Positions 19,501-29,187 of a stretch of DNA of 43,831 nucleotides are shown in pieces. A model generated the notes under the pieces. The model saw only the letters and a program-made list of their open reading frames with translations. It did not search any database and was not told the origin of the DNA. Each line of letters starts with the position of its first letter. Position 1 is the stretch's first letter. Origin of the DNA: Cyanobacteria bacterium P01_D01_bin.156 (GTDB lineage: Bacteria > Cyanobacteriota > Cyanobacteriia > Phormidesmidales > Phormidesmidaceae). A program made the translations under genes and the position numbers. The stretch spans positions 1 to 43,831 of the forward strand of contig JBCCQQ010000053.1 in NCBI GenBank assembly GCA_039024555.1, written 5' to 3'.

Positions 19501-20139
19501 GTGAGCACCATTTTCACCAAGTTACGTGATTTTGTTGGCCTTAATGATCCGGCCGACTATGAGTATGAATATGACGAAATGGATGGCGAGGAGTATCAAA
19601 ATCTCTATGAGCAAGAGAATGTTGCTCCCCAGCCCCAGCCTCCGCAGCCAGCGACAGTAGCGGCATCTACCCCTGTTGAGCCTCGTGCCCCCCGTCGGCG
19701 CATTCGTGACCGAGTAATGTCTACAGATTCTGGTATGGTTCCTATGAATAATTCAATGAGTAGTGTTAGTAACGTGATTGGTATGCCTGGTGCAATTAAC
19801 GGTGTTTCCGAAGTCGTCGTCATGGAGCCCCGCTCTTTTGAAGAGATGCCTCAGGCAATTCAAGCGCTAAGAGAGCGTAAGTCTGTAGTCTTAAATCTCA
19901 CTATCATGGACCCCGACCAAGCTCAGCGAGCTGTGGACTTTGTTGCTGGTGGTACTTACGCTATGGATGGTCATCAAGAGCGTATTGGTGAAAGTATCTT
20001 CCTCTTTACACCTAACTGTGTTCAAGTCAGCATGCCAGTGGATGAGCTTGAAAATCTTCCTATGGAAGAGCCGCCTGCAATGCCTTCCGCAGCTCCCACT
20101 CCTGCTTGGGCAACTGAGCAAGTAGCGCGCATGGCCTAA
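19501..20139 (+). CDS. sepF: Cell division protein SepF
   Basis: EPRSFEEM...[31 protein letters not shown], in the conserved pipX-pipY-sepF-proC order. Confidence 0.95.
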   Translation: MSTIFTKLRDFVGLNDPADYEYEYDEMDGEEYQNLYEQENVAPQPQPPQPATVAASTPVEPRAPRRRIRDRVMSTDSGMVPMNNSMSSVSNVIGMPGAINGVSEVVVMEPRSFEEMPQAIQALRERKSVVLNLTIMDPDQAQRAVDFVAGGTYAMDGHQERIGESIFLFTPNCVQVSMPVDELENLPMEEPPAMPSAAPTPAWATEQVARMA

Positions 20140-20287
20140 TGCTTGCTGTAAAAATAGGTTGGGATGATCGAAGATCATCGCTTCATTAATCGGGTATCGT
20201 CCTGCCTATTGATTGGGTTGCCAAGGTTATCCGACCATTTCACGGTATTCTTAGGATGCTAAAAGTGTATTCGGAGGCTTTGGACCT

Positions 20288-21097
20288 TTGCCTGGTAAAC
20301 TCGGCATCATTGGCGGCGGTGTAATGGGAGAAGCTCTCTTATCCTGCTTGCTCTCTAAAGGCCTATATAAGCCAGACTCTATTGTGGTTGCTGATTTATC
20401 CCATGAGCGGAGGCAACTGCTGACTGAGCAGTATGGTGTGAACACCACCCATAGTAACCGTGAGGTGATCAATCAGAGCAGCGTGATTGTTTTGGCTATC
20501 AAGCCTCAAGTATTTGATAGCATTGCTCGTGATTTTGTTGGCATTGTGATCAGTGATCCGCCTCTCGTAATTTCCATTTTGGCTGGTGTATCGCTAACTC
20601 GTTTGGAGCAGGCGGTCCCTGGCTGGCCCGTCATTCGTGCTATGCCGAATACTCCAGCAACAGTTGGTTGTGGGATGACTGCAATTGCTGTTGGTAGTCG
20701 TGCCATTGCGGAACATGTGGCTACTGCTGAGCAACTGTTTTCCGCAGTTGGTGAAGTAGTCCGAGTAGCTGAGCCTTTACTGGATGGTGTGACTGGTTTG
20801 TCGGGTTCAGGTCCTGCCTATGTGGCAATTGTGATTGAAGCCTTGGCTGATGGGGGTGTGGCGGCTGGTCTGGCTCGCTCAACGGCTAATAAACTTGCCT
20901 TGCAAACGGTTTTAGGGACTGCTCAGCTCTTGCAAAAAACAGGTATGCATCCTGCTGTTTTGAAGGATCGGGTTACTAGTCCTGGTGGCACTACAATTTC
21001 GGGTATCGCTTGTTTAGAAGAATTAGGATTGCGCTCTGCTTTGATTGAAGCTGTGAGGGCAGCCAGTAGTCGTTCCCGTGAGCTGGGTAACCAGTAA
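20288..21097 (+). CDS. proC: Pyrroline-5-carboxylate reductase
   Basis: IGGGVMG, RAMPNTP, SGSGPAY and VTSPGGTT motifs. Confidence 0.96.
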   Translation: MPGKLGIIGGGVMGEALLSCLLSKGLYKPDSIVVADLSHERRQLLTEQYGVNTTHSNREVINQSSVIVLAIKPQVFDSIARDFVGIVISDPPLVISILAGVSLTRLEQAVPGWPVIRAMPNTPATVGCGMTAIAVGSRAIAEHVATAEQLFSAVGEVVRVAEPLLDGVTGLSGSGPAYVAIVIEALADGGVAAGLARSTANKLALQTVLGTAQLLQKTGMHPAVLKDRVTSPGGTTISGIACLEELGLRSALIEAVRAASSRSRELGNQ

Positions 21098-21157
21098 ACA
21101 AAGTGTGGAATTTGAGAACAGGCTTCTTTCAGAATTCCGAACTCCGAATTTATTTTT

Positions 21158-21790
21158 TTATGATTCTTGCGGCTTGCTTCCCAGTTTTGGTTCTGTTCCC
21201 GCCAGTAATCTGGAAATATTGCTGCGGTGACGCAGGATAACGTAGGCGCCTGCAAGGATTGCTAAGAGTTTGAATGGCAAAGGTTGACCTGTTAAAAACA
21301 TCAGTAATGGTGCGGCGGTGGCGGCGGAAATTGAGCCTAGGGAGACGGTGCGAGAAAGGCCAAATACCAAGCCAAAGATGACTGCTGTGCCTAAACCTGC
21401 TGTCCAGGATAAGGCTAGCAGGACACCGAGTCCCGTGGCTGCTGATTTGCCGCCTGTAAAGTTGAGCCAGATGGAGCGACTATGGCCCAACATGGCCAGC
21501 AGAGCTGTAAGGGTTTGGACCCATGTAGAGAATTCAGTGGATGCCCCCACTTGGTCCATGACCCACCGTGCAACCACCACAGCGATTAACCCCTTAAGTA
21601 GGTCAATGACCAGTACCGTAATACCGGCTTGTTTGCCGACAACACGAAAAACATTGGTTGCACCTGTGTTGCCAGAGCCATGTTCCCGAATGTCGATCCC
21701 TTTGAAGACTTTTGCGATCGCAAACCCGGTAGGTAAGGAACCCAACAGGTAGGCCAAGATTAATAAACCGCCCGCAATCCACCAAACCAT
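21158..21790 (-). CDS. plsY: Glycerol-3-phosphate acyltransferase PlsY
   Basis: YLLGS, DIREHGSGNTGATNVFR, GGKSAATG and RHRSNISRL motifs. ATG at 21790. Confidence 0.95.
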   Translation of the reverse strand: MVWWIAGGLLILAYLLGSLPTGFAIAKVFKGIDIREHGSGNTGATNVFRVVGKQAGITVLVIDLLKGLIAVVVARWVMDQVGASTEFSTWVQTLTALLAMLGHSRSIWLNFTGGKSAATGLGVLLALSWTAGLGTAVIFGLVFGLSRTVSLGSISAATAAPLLMFLTGQPLPFKLLAILAGAYVILRHRSNISRLLAGTEPKLGSKPQES

Positions 21791-21882
21791 AGCGAATATC
21801 TTCCGTATCAACCAAAACCCGATTTTAGTTTAGGAGGTTATGGTGTTTTGGAAAACCATTGGCTAGTGATCAACGAGCGTGT

Positions 21883-22833
21883 TTAGTAATAATAATTATC
21901 TTGAGAAGGGTTAGCTGGGTCTGGAGCAAAAATCAACCACAGAGGAAACTGCAATGCTGCCAGTGGTAATTTATCCTCCGATTCATCAATAATTATCATG
22001 GGCAGATAGCCATTATCCAGAAGACGTTCTGCCCGCTGAATCATTGCTTCAGGCGATTCGAATAGGGTAATGCCTTGGTTAGCACCAAAATCTCCCCGAG
22101 TCACCCCTAAGCAATCTTGTAGCCAACGCCGCCATTCTCCCAGGCGTTCAGGAGTATTGGCCAAGACTAAATTGCAAAGGCGATCACCATAGATTGCATA
22201 CAGTACTGAAATAGCGCCTGAGGCCACCAACACATTCTGTAGCCGGCTACCTAAACTTTTAACAGCCCCTCGACCCCCCTGGTTAAAAAACCAGTTGGAC
22301 ACCCGATCTGCATGGACCATTTCAAAGGTCCGACGCAGCTGCCAAGGTGGGCCATAGTAGTCGGGCCGTGTCCGATATTGGTCAATCAGGCTACGGACTC
22401 GTTCCCGTTGTTCCTCAAAGCGTTGATTGGAAAATGCCGGAGTGGATGGTATGGCCTCTTGGGCCATGGGTTGTGTCGTTTGGTTGACTGTGGGAGCGGG
22501 CGGAGCAGGTGCAAGGTCCAGTTCTTCTGCCGCCGTTGCTAAATCTTGTAGGCTACCTACCAAATAATCTTTAAAGCCCTGTAGACGAACAGATAGCTCC
22601 TGGGATGCTCCCGCAAATGTAGTGCGCATTTCGGCCTTGATACGGTCTCGACGACGCTCCAACTGCTCAATTTCCTGTTGTAATGCCTGACGTTGAGCCA
22701 ATAAATCCTGTAAACCTGTCTGGACCATACGCGCTACGTCGGCTTCTGCTTGCCGACTCGAGGATGATTGTAGCGGTGGTAGGGGACTGTTTTTAGAGGA
22801 CGGTATTAGTTCAGAAAACTCTTCAGGTGGCAT
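21883..22833 (-). CDS. DUF3086 family cyanobacterial protein
   Basis: Coiled coil, GFKDYLVGSLQDL and PDYYGPPWQLRRTF. Usual neighbour of plsY. Confidence 0.85.
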   Translation of the reverse strand: MPPEEFSELIPSSKNSPLPPLQSSSSRQAEADVARMVQTGLQDLLAQRQALQQEIEQLERRRDRIKAEMRTTFAGASQELSVRLQGFKDYLVGSLQDLATAAEELDLAPAPPAPTVNQTTQPMAQEAIPSTPAFSNQRFEEQRERVRSLIDQYRTRPDYYGPPWQLRRTFEMVHADRVSNWFFNQGGRGAVKSLGSRLQNVLVASGAISVLYAIYGDRLCNLVLANTPERLGEWRRWLQDCLGVTRGDFGANQGITLFESPEAMIQRAERLLDNGYLPMIIIDESEDKLPLAALQFPLWLIFAPDPANPSQDNYYY

Positions 22834-22898
22834 GCTGGTGACAATGTGACAATGTTTAGCAACAGACGCAAGGGACGATCAATTCTAAAACCGGTACA

Positions 22899-23294
22899 TT
22901 AATTGACCGAACCACTTTCCCCACAGTGTTGCTTCAGCTGCTTATGGAGCTCATCAGGGTTAAAGAGCATGGGCAAAAAGTGAATGCTCTTAACCTCACG
23001 GAAGTAAAACAATATGGGCGCAGGTGTCCAAAAAATGGCCCAAGCAGTCCATTCATCATAGGGAAAGTGTCGCAAAATCGTCGTTCCACGACATACCTGT
23101 AATTCCGTGTCTGTAAATGTTAGTCGGATGACTGTTGTTTGGATTAGTAAAAATCCCCCCAGCAGGGCAATCGCTAATCCAACCCAAGGTTGTATTAATG
23201 CCAACCCCAGTCCCAATATAAAAATAGCCAACGCTAATCGATAGTCGGGTGATAGCGTTTCTGCAACTGCAGGGGAAGAGACAGAAGCTTTCAT
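22899..23294 (-). CDS. DUF3119 family membrane protein
   Basis: Two TM helices, then ILFYFREVKSIHFLPMLF signature. Confidence 0.85.
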   Translation of the reverse strand: MKASVSSPAVAETLSPDYRLALAIFILGLGLALIQPWVGLAIALLGGFLLIQTTVIRLTFTDTELQVCRGTTILRHFPYDEWTAWAIFWTPAPILFYFREVKSIHFLPMLFNPDELHKQLKQHCGESGSVN

Positions 23295-23453
23295 AGACAA
23301 TTGAGTAAGATATGCATGGCACTTAAAACCTTAAACCAAAAAGTCACATATCGCTTTTGCGTGTATGGGTATACTTTAAACTGCAGCCGTCGTACACGAA
23401 AGCGATGCACGGTTGAATGGCTAGACGACCACGTCTACCTCAACCACAAGCCT

Positions 23454-23717
23454 CTAAAGCTCAGCCCGGATTGTAAAGGAATAATCTCCTCCAGGTTCTA
23501 GCTGGTAATCAAAGCGTTCTAAGAATCGCCCCAACGGTTCTTGGATTAACGCACGACCCAAAGACGGTTCTACAGTCAGATGCCCGCCTCGAAATTTCCA
23601 TTGAAACTGCCAGGCAAACTCATTGGCAATAACCTCGCCCTCCAGTTTGCCATGGTGCCAAGATTGATACGTAATACGAACGTGAGCAGTTGTTTCGGGT
23701 AAACGTTGAGCAGTCAC
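23454..23717 (-). CDS. DUF3146 family cyanobacterial protein
   Basis: LPETTAHVRI...SLGRALIQEPLGRFLE...DYQLEPGGDYSFTIRA. Confidence 0.85.
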   Translation of the reverse strand: MTAQRLPETTAHVRITYQSWHHGKLEGEVIANEFAWQFQWKFRGGHLTVEPSLGRALIQEPLGRFLERFDYQLEPGGDYSFTIRAEL

Positions 23718-23890
23718 AAGTAAATATTAGAAAAGAGGCTTTTAGGTTAAGATAGCTAGCTCTTTGTCCAAGAGCTAGCCTTCTCCATAGAAAAATTTGC
23801 TCTATTGTAAGTGCGAATAATCAGCCAGACTGTTCAAGACTCAGCTAAAAACGGTAGCCTAATAGGTATCGATTCGCTCGGACGCTGAAC

Positions 23891-24865
23891 GTGCCACCGG
23901 TTTCTAAGAACGTTCCTCAACAACAGAGCCTACCTATTAAACAGATTGGCAAAAAGGTTGGCATTATCTACAACGATGTCAAACCTGTCGCTTGCCAAGT
24001 TACTCAGGAACTCACAGTGAAGCTTGAGGCTTATGGGTGTCAGGTGGCGACGGCAACGGGATTAGGAGGCTTGTTAGGATATGCCGATGCTGAAAGGCCG
24101 ACACGGTTAATCCCGATTGATTCCTTAGTTCCAAAGAACTTTGATGATGCAATGGACTTTGCCATTGTCCTCGGGGGCGATGGGACCGTCCTTTCTGCCT
24201 TTCGTCAGGTAGCTCCGGCTGGAATTCCACTATTAGCAGTTAATACAGGGCATATGGGTTTTTTGACTGAAACCTATCTCAACCAGTTGCCCCATGTTCT
24301 GGAGCAGATACTGTTAGATAACTATCAGGTAGAAGAACGCACCATGATTGCGGTTCAGCTGGTACGGGAGGATAGCGTAATATGGGAAGCGCTTTGCCTG
24401 AATGAGGTGGTTTTAAATCGTGAACCCCTCACCAGTATGTGTCATTTTGAAGTGAACATTGGGCGCCATGCTCCGGTGGATATTGCGGCTGATGGTGTAA
24501 TTATTTCTACGCCGACGGGGTCCACAGCCTATTCTCTGTCGGCAGGGGGGCCAGTGATCACACCTGGAGTACCGGTTTTGCAGCTGATTCCGATTTGTCC
24601 CCACTCTCTTGCAGCCCGAGGTTTAGTGTTTCCCAGCGCTGAGCAGGTCACTGTGGCTTCGGCTAACCCTGATCCACTGGTGATGGTAGTAGATGGTAAT
24701 GCAGGGTGTTATGTTGCGCCTGGCGATGAGGTTCGTCTGCAAGCATCTAAATTGCCAGCAAAATTCATTCGTCTCAAAGATCCCGAGTTCTTCAAAGTGC
24801 TGCGGGAAAAATTAGGTTGGGGACTTCCCCATATCGCAAAACCAACATCGGTAGAACTGCCCTAG
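23891..24865 (+). CDS. nadK: NAD(+) kinase
   Basis: GGDGT, NE and [15 protein letters not shown] motifs. Confidence 0.95.
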   Translation: MPPVSKNVPQQQSLPIKQIGKKVGIIYNDVKPVACQVTQELTVKLEAYGCQVATATGLGGLLGYADAERPTRLIPIDSLVPKNFDDAMDFAIVLGGDGTVLSAFRQVAPAGIPLLAVNTGHMGFLTETYLNQLPHVLEQILLDNYQVEERTMIAVQLVREDSVIWEALCLNEVVLNREPLTSMCHFEVNIGRHAPVDIAADGVIISTPTGSTAYSLSAGGPVITPGVPVLQLIPICPHSLAARGLVFPSAEQVTVASANPDPLVMVVDGNAGCYVAPGDEVRLQASKLPAKFIRLKDPEFFKVLREKLGWGLPHIAKPTSVELP

Positions 24866-25246
24866 AAAGGGTTTAGTGACTTATCTGCAGTAGAAAAAGT
24901 TGATGTGCTCCTGGGGGGCTGCTCCTGATGATAGTTAGTAATTTGTTACTTGTTGCTAACGAGTCTAAGCATTATGTTCGACGACTATATTCCGATCTGC
25001 TAAGGATTGACTTTTCATAGCCCTTTCCTTTCCAATTTCGGTGATCATCTACGACTAGGCTACTGACGGCCCTAATATCAGTAATTCAACGAAGGTACTC
25101 TCTTCGTCGAAATTATAAGAAATCAGATGGGGGTTTTCACAAGATAGCCAGATTGTTCCTAAATAGTTTTTGAAATTGTTCTGTTAGCTTCAAACACCTT
25201 TAGAGTGCCTGTGGCCTATATGATTCGTTGTCAGTCTTGAAAGTCT

Positions 25247-25573
25247 TTAAACTGTTGCATCCTGTCCAGCTACTTTCTTGATCAACAGCTGTATACCCAA
25301 TAACAACAACCCTAGAGCAGCAATACCAAATACACCTGCACCCAGTGCAACAATTCCTACTACCAATGTGCGTACTGCCGCTGAAATGTTGAGCACTACG
25401 GCTTTCTCGGAAACAATTGGTTTGGCTGCAAACGATGTAGCAATGGCAATCATCATGCGATAGCACAGAACACTGAATGTACCCGACACAGCTGCACCGG
25501 TGAAACAGCGCAAAGGAGTGGCCTGCTTTTTATTACCTTCGGTACTGGTTGACGTCTTTAGCGATTCAGCCAT
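25247..25573 (-). CDS. DUF3082 family membrane protein
   Basis: TPLRCFTGA and NISAAVRTLVVG signature with TM helices. Confidence 0.8.
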   Translation of the reverse strand: MAESLKTSTSTEGNKKQATPLRCFTGAAVSGTFSVLCYRMMIAIATSFAAKPIVSEKAVVLNISAAVRTLVVGIVALGAGVFGIAALGLLLLGIQLLIKKVAGQDATV

Positions 25574-25680
25574 TGCCCTAACCCTAATCTGGATTTTTAT
25601 TTTACTGCTACATGCTCCTATCCTGTGTAGCCTTTGACGGAACTGCTGTAAAATACCAACCTACTCAGATTCCACTATCT

Positions 25681-26544
25681 ATGCCGCGCCCTCGTAAACG
25701 TTTTGGTCAACATTGGCTACGTGATCCCCAAATTTTGAACCAAATTCTAGCGGCAGCGGAGCTTTCTAGTACGGATCGGGTCTTGGAGATCGGGCCTGGT
25801 CAGGGCGTATTAACGAAAGGATTAGTGCCGTTTACCCAAGCTGTTATAGCAGTGGAGGTAGACCGAGACCTTGTACATCAGCTGCGACAACAGTTTCAGG
25901 CATCGGAGCGTTTTCATTTAATTGAAGGGGATTTTCTAGATGTAGATTTACAGGCTGTTTTGGCTGATTATCCTAGTTTTCAGTTCCCTAATAAGGTCGT
26001 TGCCAATATTCCTTATTACATCACGGGGCCTATTCTTGAAAAATTGCTGGGTCAGCTCCATCAGCCCAATCCGCATCCCTATGAATCTATTGTGCTGCTA
26101 GTGCAAAAAGAAGTTGCGGATCGTCTGTCTGCTCAGCCTGGTTCTAAAATGTTTAACGGGTTATCAGTGCGGGTACAGTATTTAGCTGACTGTGAGTTGA
26201 TTTGTCCAGTGCCAGCCAAAGCGTTTAAGCCAGCACCCAAGGTTGAATCGGCAGTGGTGAGGCTGCGACCTAGACCATTTCCCCACCAGGCTGTTCAGCC
26301 TAAGCTTTTGAATACCTTGGTCAAACAGGGCTTTTCTCAGAAGCGAAAGATGCTGCGCAACAATCTTCAAAGCCTAATCGACCGTGATCGGCTCACATCC
26401 ATGCTAGAAGCGATGGAGATTAATCCCCAAGCGAGGGCGGAGCAGTTGAGTGTAGACAATTGGGTAACGTTGACAAATCAAATTGGCGAATCAACTTTGT
26501 TATCCAATAATCAATCTTCTACTACAGAAGAGATGGGTCACTAG
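25681..26544 (+). CDS. rsmA: 16S rRNA dimethyltransferase RsmA/KsgA
   Basis: PRKRFGQHWL, EIGPGQG and ANIPYYIT motifs. ATG at 25681. Confidence 0.96.
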   Translation: MPRPRKRFGQHWLRDPQILNQILAAAELSSTDRVLEIGPGQGVLTKGLVPFTQAVIAVEVDRDLVHQLRQQFQASERFHLIEGDFLDVDLQAVLADYPSFQFPNKVVANIPYYITGPILEKLLGQLHQPNPHPYESIVLLVQKEVADRLSAQPGSKMFNGLSVRVQYLADCELICPVPAKAFKPAPKVESAVVRLRPRPFPHQAVQPKLLNTLVKQGFSQKRKMLRNNLQSLIDRDRLTSMLEAMEINPQARAEQLSVDNWVTLTNQIGESTLLSNNQSSTTEEMGH

Positions 26545-26604
26545 AAAATAGCTGACCCTCACAAGGTGTTAATCTGCTTGTGGCAAACGGTTGGTTTAGG
26601 GGCT

Positions 26605-27561
26605 ATGGCGAGTTATACGCTGCTGTCGGCGGCAAAGATTAATCTATACCTAGAAATCATTGGGCACCGCTCTGATGGATTTCATGAAATGGCGATGGTG
26701 ATGCAAAGTGTAGATTTGTGCGATCGCATCACCTTGATGAGTCTTGCCACACCCATGCGCCGTTTGCAGTGCAATCACCCCCAGGTACCTACCGATAATT
26801 CCAACTTAGCCATTAAGGCAGTTGATTTACTTACCGAGCAATTTCCACATCTAATTAATCGGGGAGTAGACATCACCATCGAAAAAAATATTCCCGTTGG
26901 TGCCGGTCTAGCCGGTGGGTCTGGTAATGCTGCCGCCACACTAGTAGGGCTTAATCTGTTGTGGGAGTTAGGCCTGACCCAAATCGAGCTTGAAGAACTC
27001 TCTGCCAAACTGGGGTCTGATATTCCCTTTTGCATTCGCGGGGGGACTGCCATTGCCACGGGTCGCGGTGAGCTCCTTGACCCCATCGCTAGCCTCAGCG
27101 ATGTTTACGTCGTATTGGCAAAGTATGAAAGCCTTTCGGTATCCACACCTTGGGCTTACAAAACCTATCGGGCTAACTTTAGCGATCGCTATGCTGATAT
27201 CTCTGATCAGGCCACATTAAAAGAGCGTCAGCAGCGTGTGCATGCTGGCCCTATGGTGACTGCAGTCGTGAAAAAAGATGGGATTGCTATCGGGCAAAAT
27301 CTTTATAACGACCTGGAACGTGTGGTTTTACCGGCCTATGAAAAAGTTCAGCAGCTTCGAGATCGCATGGCTAGCCATGGTGGTTTTGGGACTATGATGT
27401 CCGGTTCTGGGCCAACCGTATTTACGTTAGCCAACACCCAACAAGACGCTGACGATATTTTGACCAACGTGAGGTCAGAACTGAGCGATCCCGACTTGAA
27501 ACTATGGACAGCCCGCTGCACGGGTACTGGTATTCGCCTTGCTTCTGAAACAAAAGGTTAA
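26605..27561 (+). CDS. ispE: 4-diphosphocytidyl-2-C-methyl-D-erythritol kinase
   Basis: AKINLYLEI, PVGAGLAGGSGNAA, GSDIPF and MSGSGPTVF motifs. ATG at 26605. Confidence 0.96.
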   Translation: MASYTLLSAAKINLYLEIIGHRSDGFHEMAMVMQSVDLCDRITLMSLATPMRRLQCNHPQVPTDNSNLAIKAVDLLTEQFPHLINRGVDITIEKNIPVGAGLAGGSGNAAATLVGLNLLWELGLTQIELEELSAKLGSDIPFCIRGGTAIATGRGELLDPIASLSDVYVVLAKYESLSVSTPWAYKTYRANFSDRYADISDQATLKERQQRVHAGPMVTAVVKKDGIAIGQNLYNDLERVVLPAYEKVQQLRDRMASHGGFGTMMSGSGPTVFTLANTQQDADDILTNVRSELSDPDLKLWTARCTGTGIRLASETKG

Positions 27562-27883
27562 TCGAGTCTGTTCAAGGACATTCATAGGGGTAGCATAACC
27601 TTCGGCCCTGTTGGCCCCCGTTGGATAGTTCGTGTATGGATGCACAATACAAATCATAGACTTTCAGCTCAAATTCTGGTCCACCCCGATTTGTATTTCT
27701 TATAATTGAATATGTGGTCGTACCGTGGCTGCTCCCCTGATGACAATTAACTAGGGCTGAAACGATACGATTCCTGGATAATCAGGATGTTTAGATAAGG
27801 CGCTATCTCTTACTGCTGTCAGCATTTCAAGTTTGTCAATCGGCACCTGTTTGCTAACCCTCCTAGCGATTGTGGAATAACGG

Positions 27884-28390
27884 ATGTCCCTTGTTTTTCG
27901 TCCTATTGATCTGCAAGCCCATGCCGAACTGTGTATTCACTTTCGGCGTGACGCCTTTATGTGCAGTTTTACAGACGGCGATAAACGCTTTGCCCTAGAG
28001 AGTGGTGAACGCGCCCAGGGCTATATTAAATGGCTCAATACCCGCATTAATGCTTGTCCCGAAAGCTGCGTTCATGTCTTTGATGGTCAGGAAATTATCG
28101 GTCAAATTGAAACTGAACTACGGGGGCAGGAAAAATTGGGCTATGTATATCTGTTTTATGTGATCCCCAGTCGACGTGGTCAGGGGTTTAGCGATCAGCT
28201 CCACGCTTATGTCATGCAGCTTTTTCAAGACGTGGGTGTGATTCGAGCTCAGCTATCAGTCAGTGCTTCCAACCAAGCTGCTATCAATTTTTATAAACGC
28301 CATGCTTGGGAGGATGTGGGGCCAAAAGCTGGCAATATAGATGTTCATTTGATGGAACGTGCCATTGAAGTTTTGGAACTCGTTGAGTAA
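27884..28390 (+). CDS. GNAT family N-acetyltransferase
   Basis: Acetyl-CoA binding motif FYVIPSRRGQG and NQAAINFYKRHAW. Confidence 0.88.
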   Translation: MSLVFRPIDLQAHAELCIHFRRDAFMCSFTDGDKRFALESGERAQGYIKWLNTRINACPESCVHVFDGQEIIGQIETELRGQEKLGYVYLFYVIPSRRGQGFSDQLHAYVMQLFQDVGVIRAQLSVSASNQAAINFYKRHAWEDVGPKAGNIDVHLMERAIEVLELVE

Positions 28391-28898
28391 TTTCTGAGGC
28401 TGCTGGGATCTCAGTAGATGATGAGACTTAGGCGAGTTTTGAGATTATTTTAGTTGCCAGAACCTGAATATTGAAAGTTGCTCTAGATTGTTTCATCCCT
28501 GCAGTTATTGGCGTTTTGGTCTATCTGAAGCTATGTTATGGCATCTGGAATGTGTCTGTTCACAACGCTAAGGGGGACTTGTGAAGTCATGTTGAAGAAT
28601 GCCTGTAGCCCTATTCTCATTTTGGTTGATGCGTACAATGAGATGTAGTAAGCAGATTAGCATTGCTGATATATGCGGTAGCTCGTCTGGCGCGTTTGCA
28701 GCTGATTGTGTTAGCCTGCAGTCTGACTCATGCTTGATTATCTAGCCACAAGTGGGTGCGATGTCAGGAAATCTAACCAGCTCTAGGTATTTTTGGGATT
28801 AAGCTCACTTACTACTTCCAACCGATATGCCCAAAGTATGTTTTGGAAGAGAGTTCAGGTTTACCTAGGGATGATGTATAGAAAGGGTAGTTCTTTGC

Positions 28899-29000
28899 AT
28901 GATTAACCTGAAAAGTCGATTGATCTGGCTTACCGAAACAGTAGCGATAGGTACCGGTTTACTGGTTTTGCTGGCTTGTGTCTTTGACTGGCTAATCTAG
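28899..29000 (+). CDS. Putative 33-aa single-pass membrane peptide (MINLKSRLIWLTETVAIGTGLLVLLACVFDWLI)
   Basis: ATG...TAG frame below the ORF-track cutoff. Basic N-terminus, long hydrophobic stretch, purine-rich AGAAAGGG upstream. Confidence 0.45.
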   Translation: MINLKSRLIWLTETVAIGTGLLVLLACVFDWLI

Positions 29001-29187
29001 TTATTATTTCTCAAAATTTAATAGAAAGCGTATTTTATTTCGTGATTATTGATGCGTTTGGTTAGAGGTTGTCAGCCCTTATCCAAACTATCCATAGAAA
29101 GTATGCAAGAAATCGATGCTTCTTGTCTCAATTCGTGCGCTAGCCTAGCGCTAAGGTTAGTGCTTGATAGAGACGGTTGCGATCGCT

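Noticed and set aside
18087..21097. pipX-pipY-sepF-proC cluster as a novel system
   Set aside because: An established, conserved cyanobacterial gene cluster.
24965..25018. 17-aa minus-strand ORF MKSQSLADRNIVVEHNA with a purine-rich upstream sequence
   Set aside because: Too short and featureless to support without conservation or Ribo-seq data.
27716..27772. Functional hammerhead ribozyme or yybP-ykoY riboswitch
   Set aside because: Hammerhead stems I and II are absent and the triplet is GUG. The minus-strand GGGGAGCAGCC lacks the other yybP-ykoY elements.
28645..28815. 6S RNA
   Set aside because: Size and end pairing are suggestive, but there is no extended rod-like pairing and no recognisable cyanobacterial 6S sequence.
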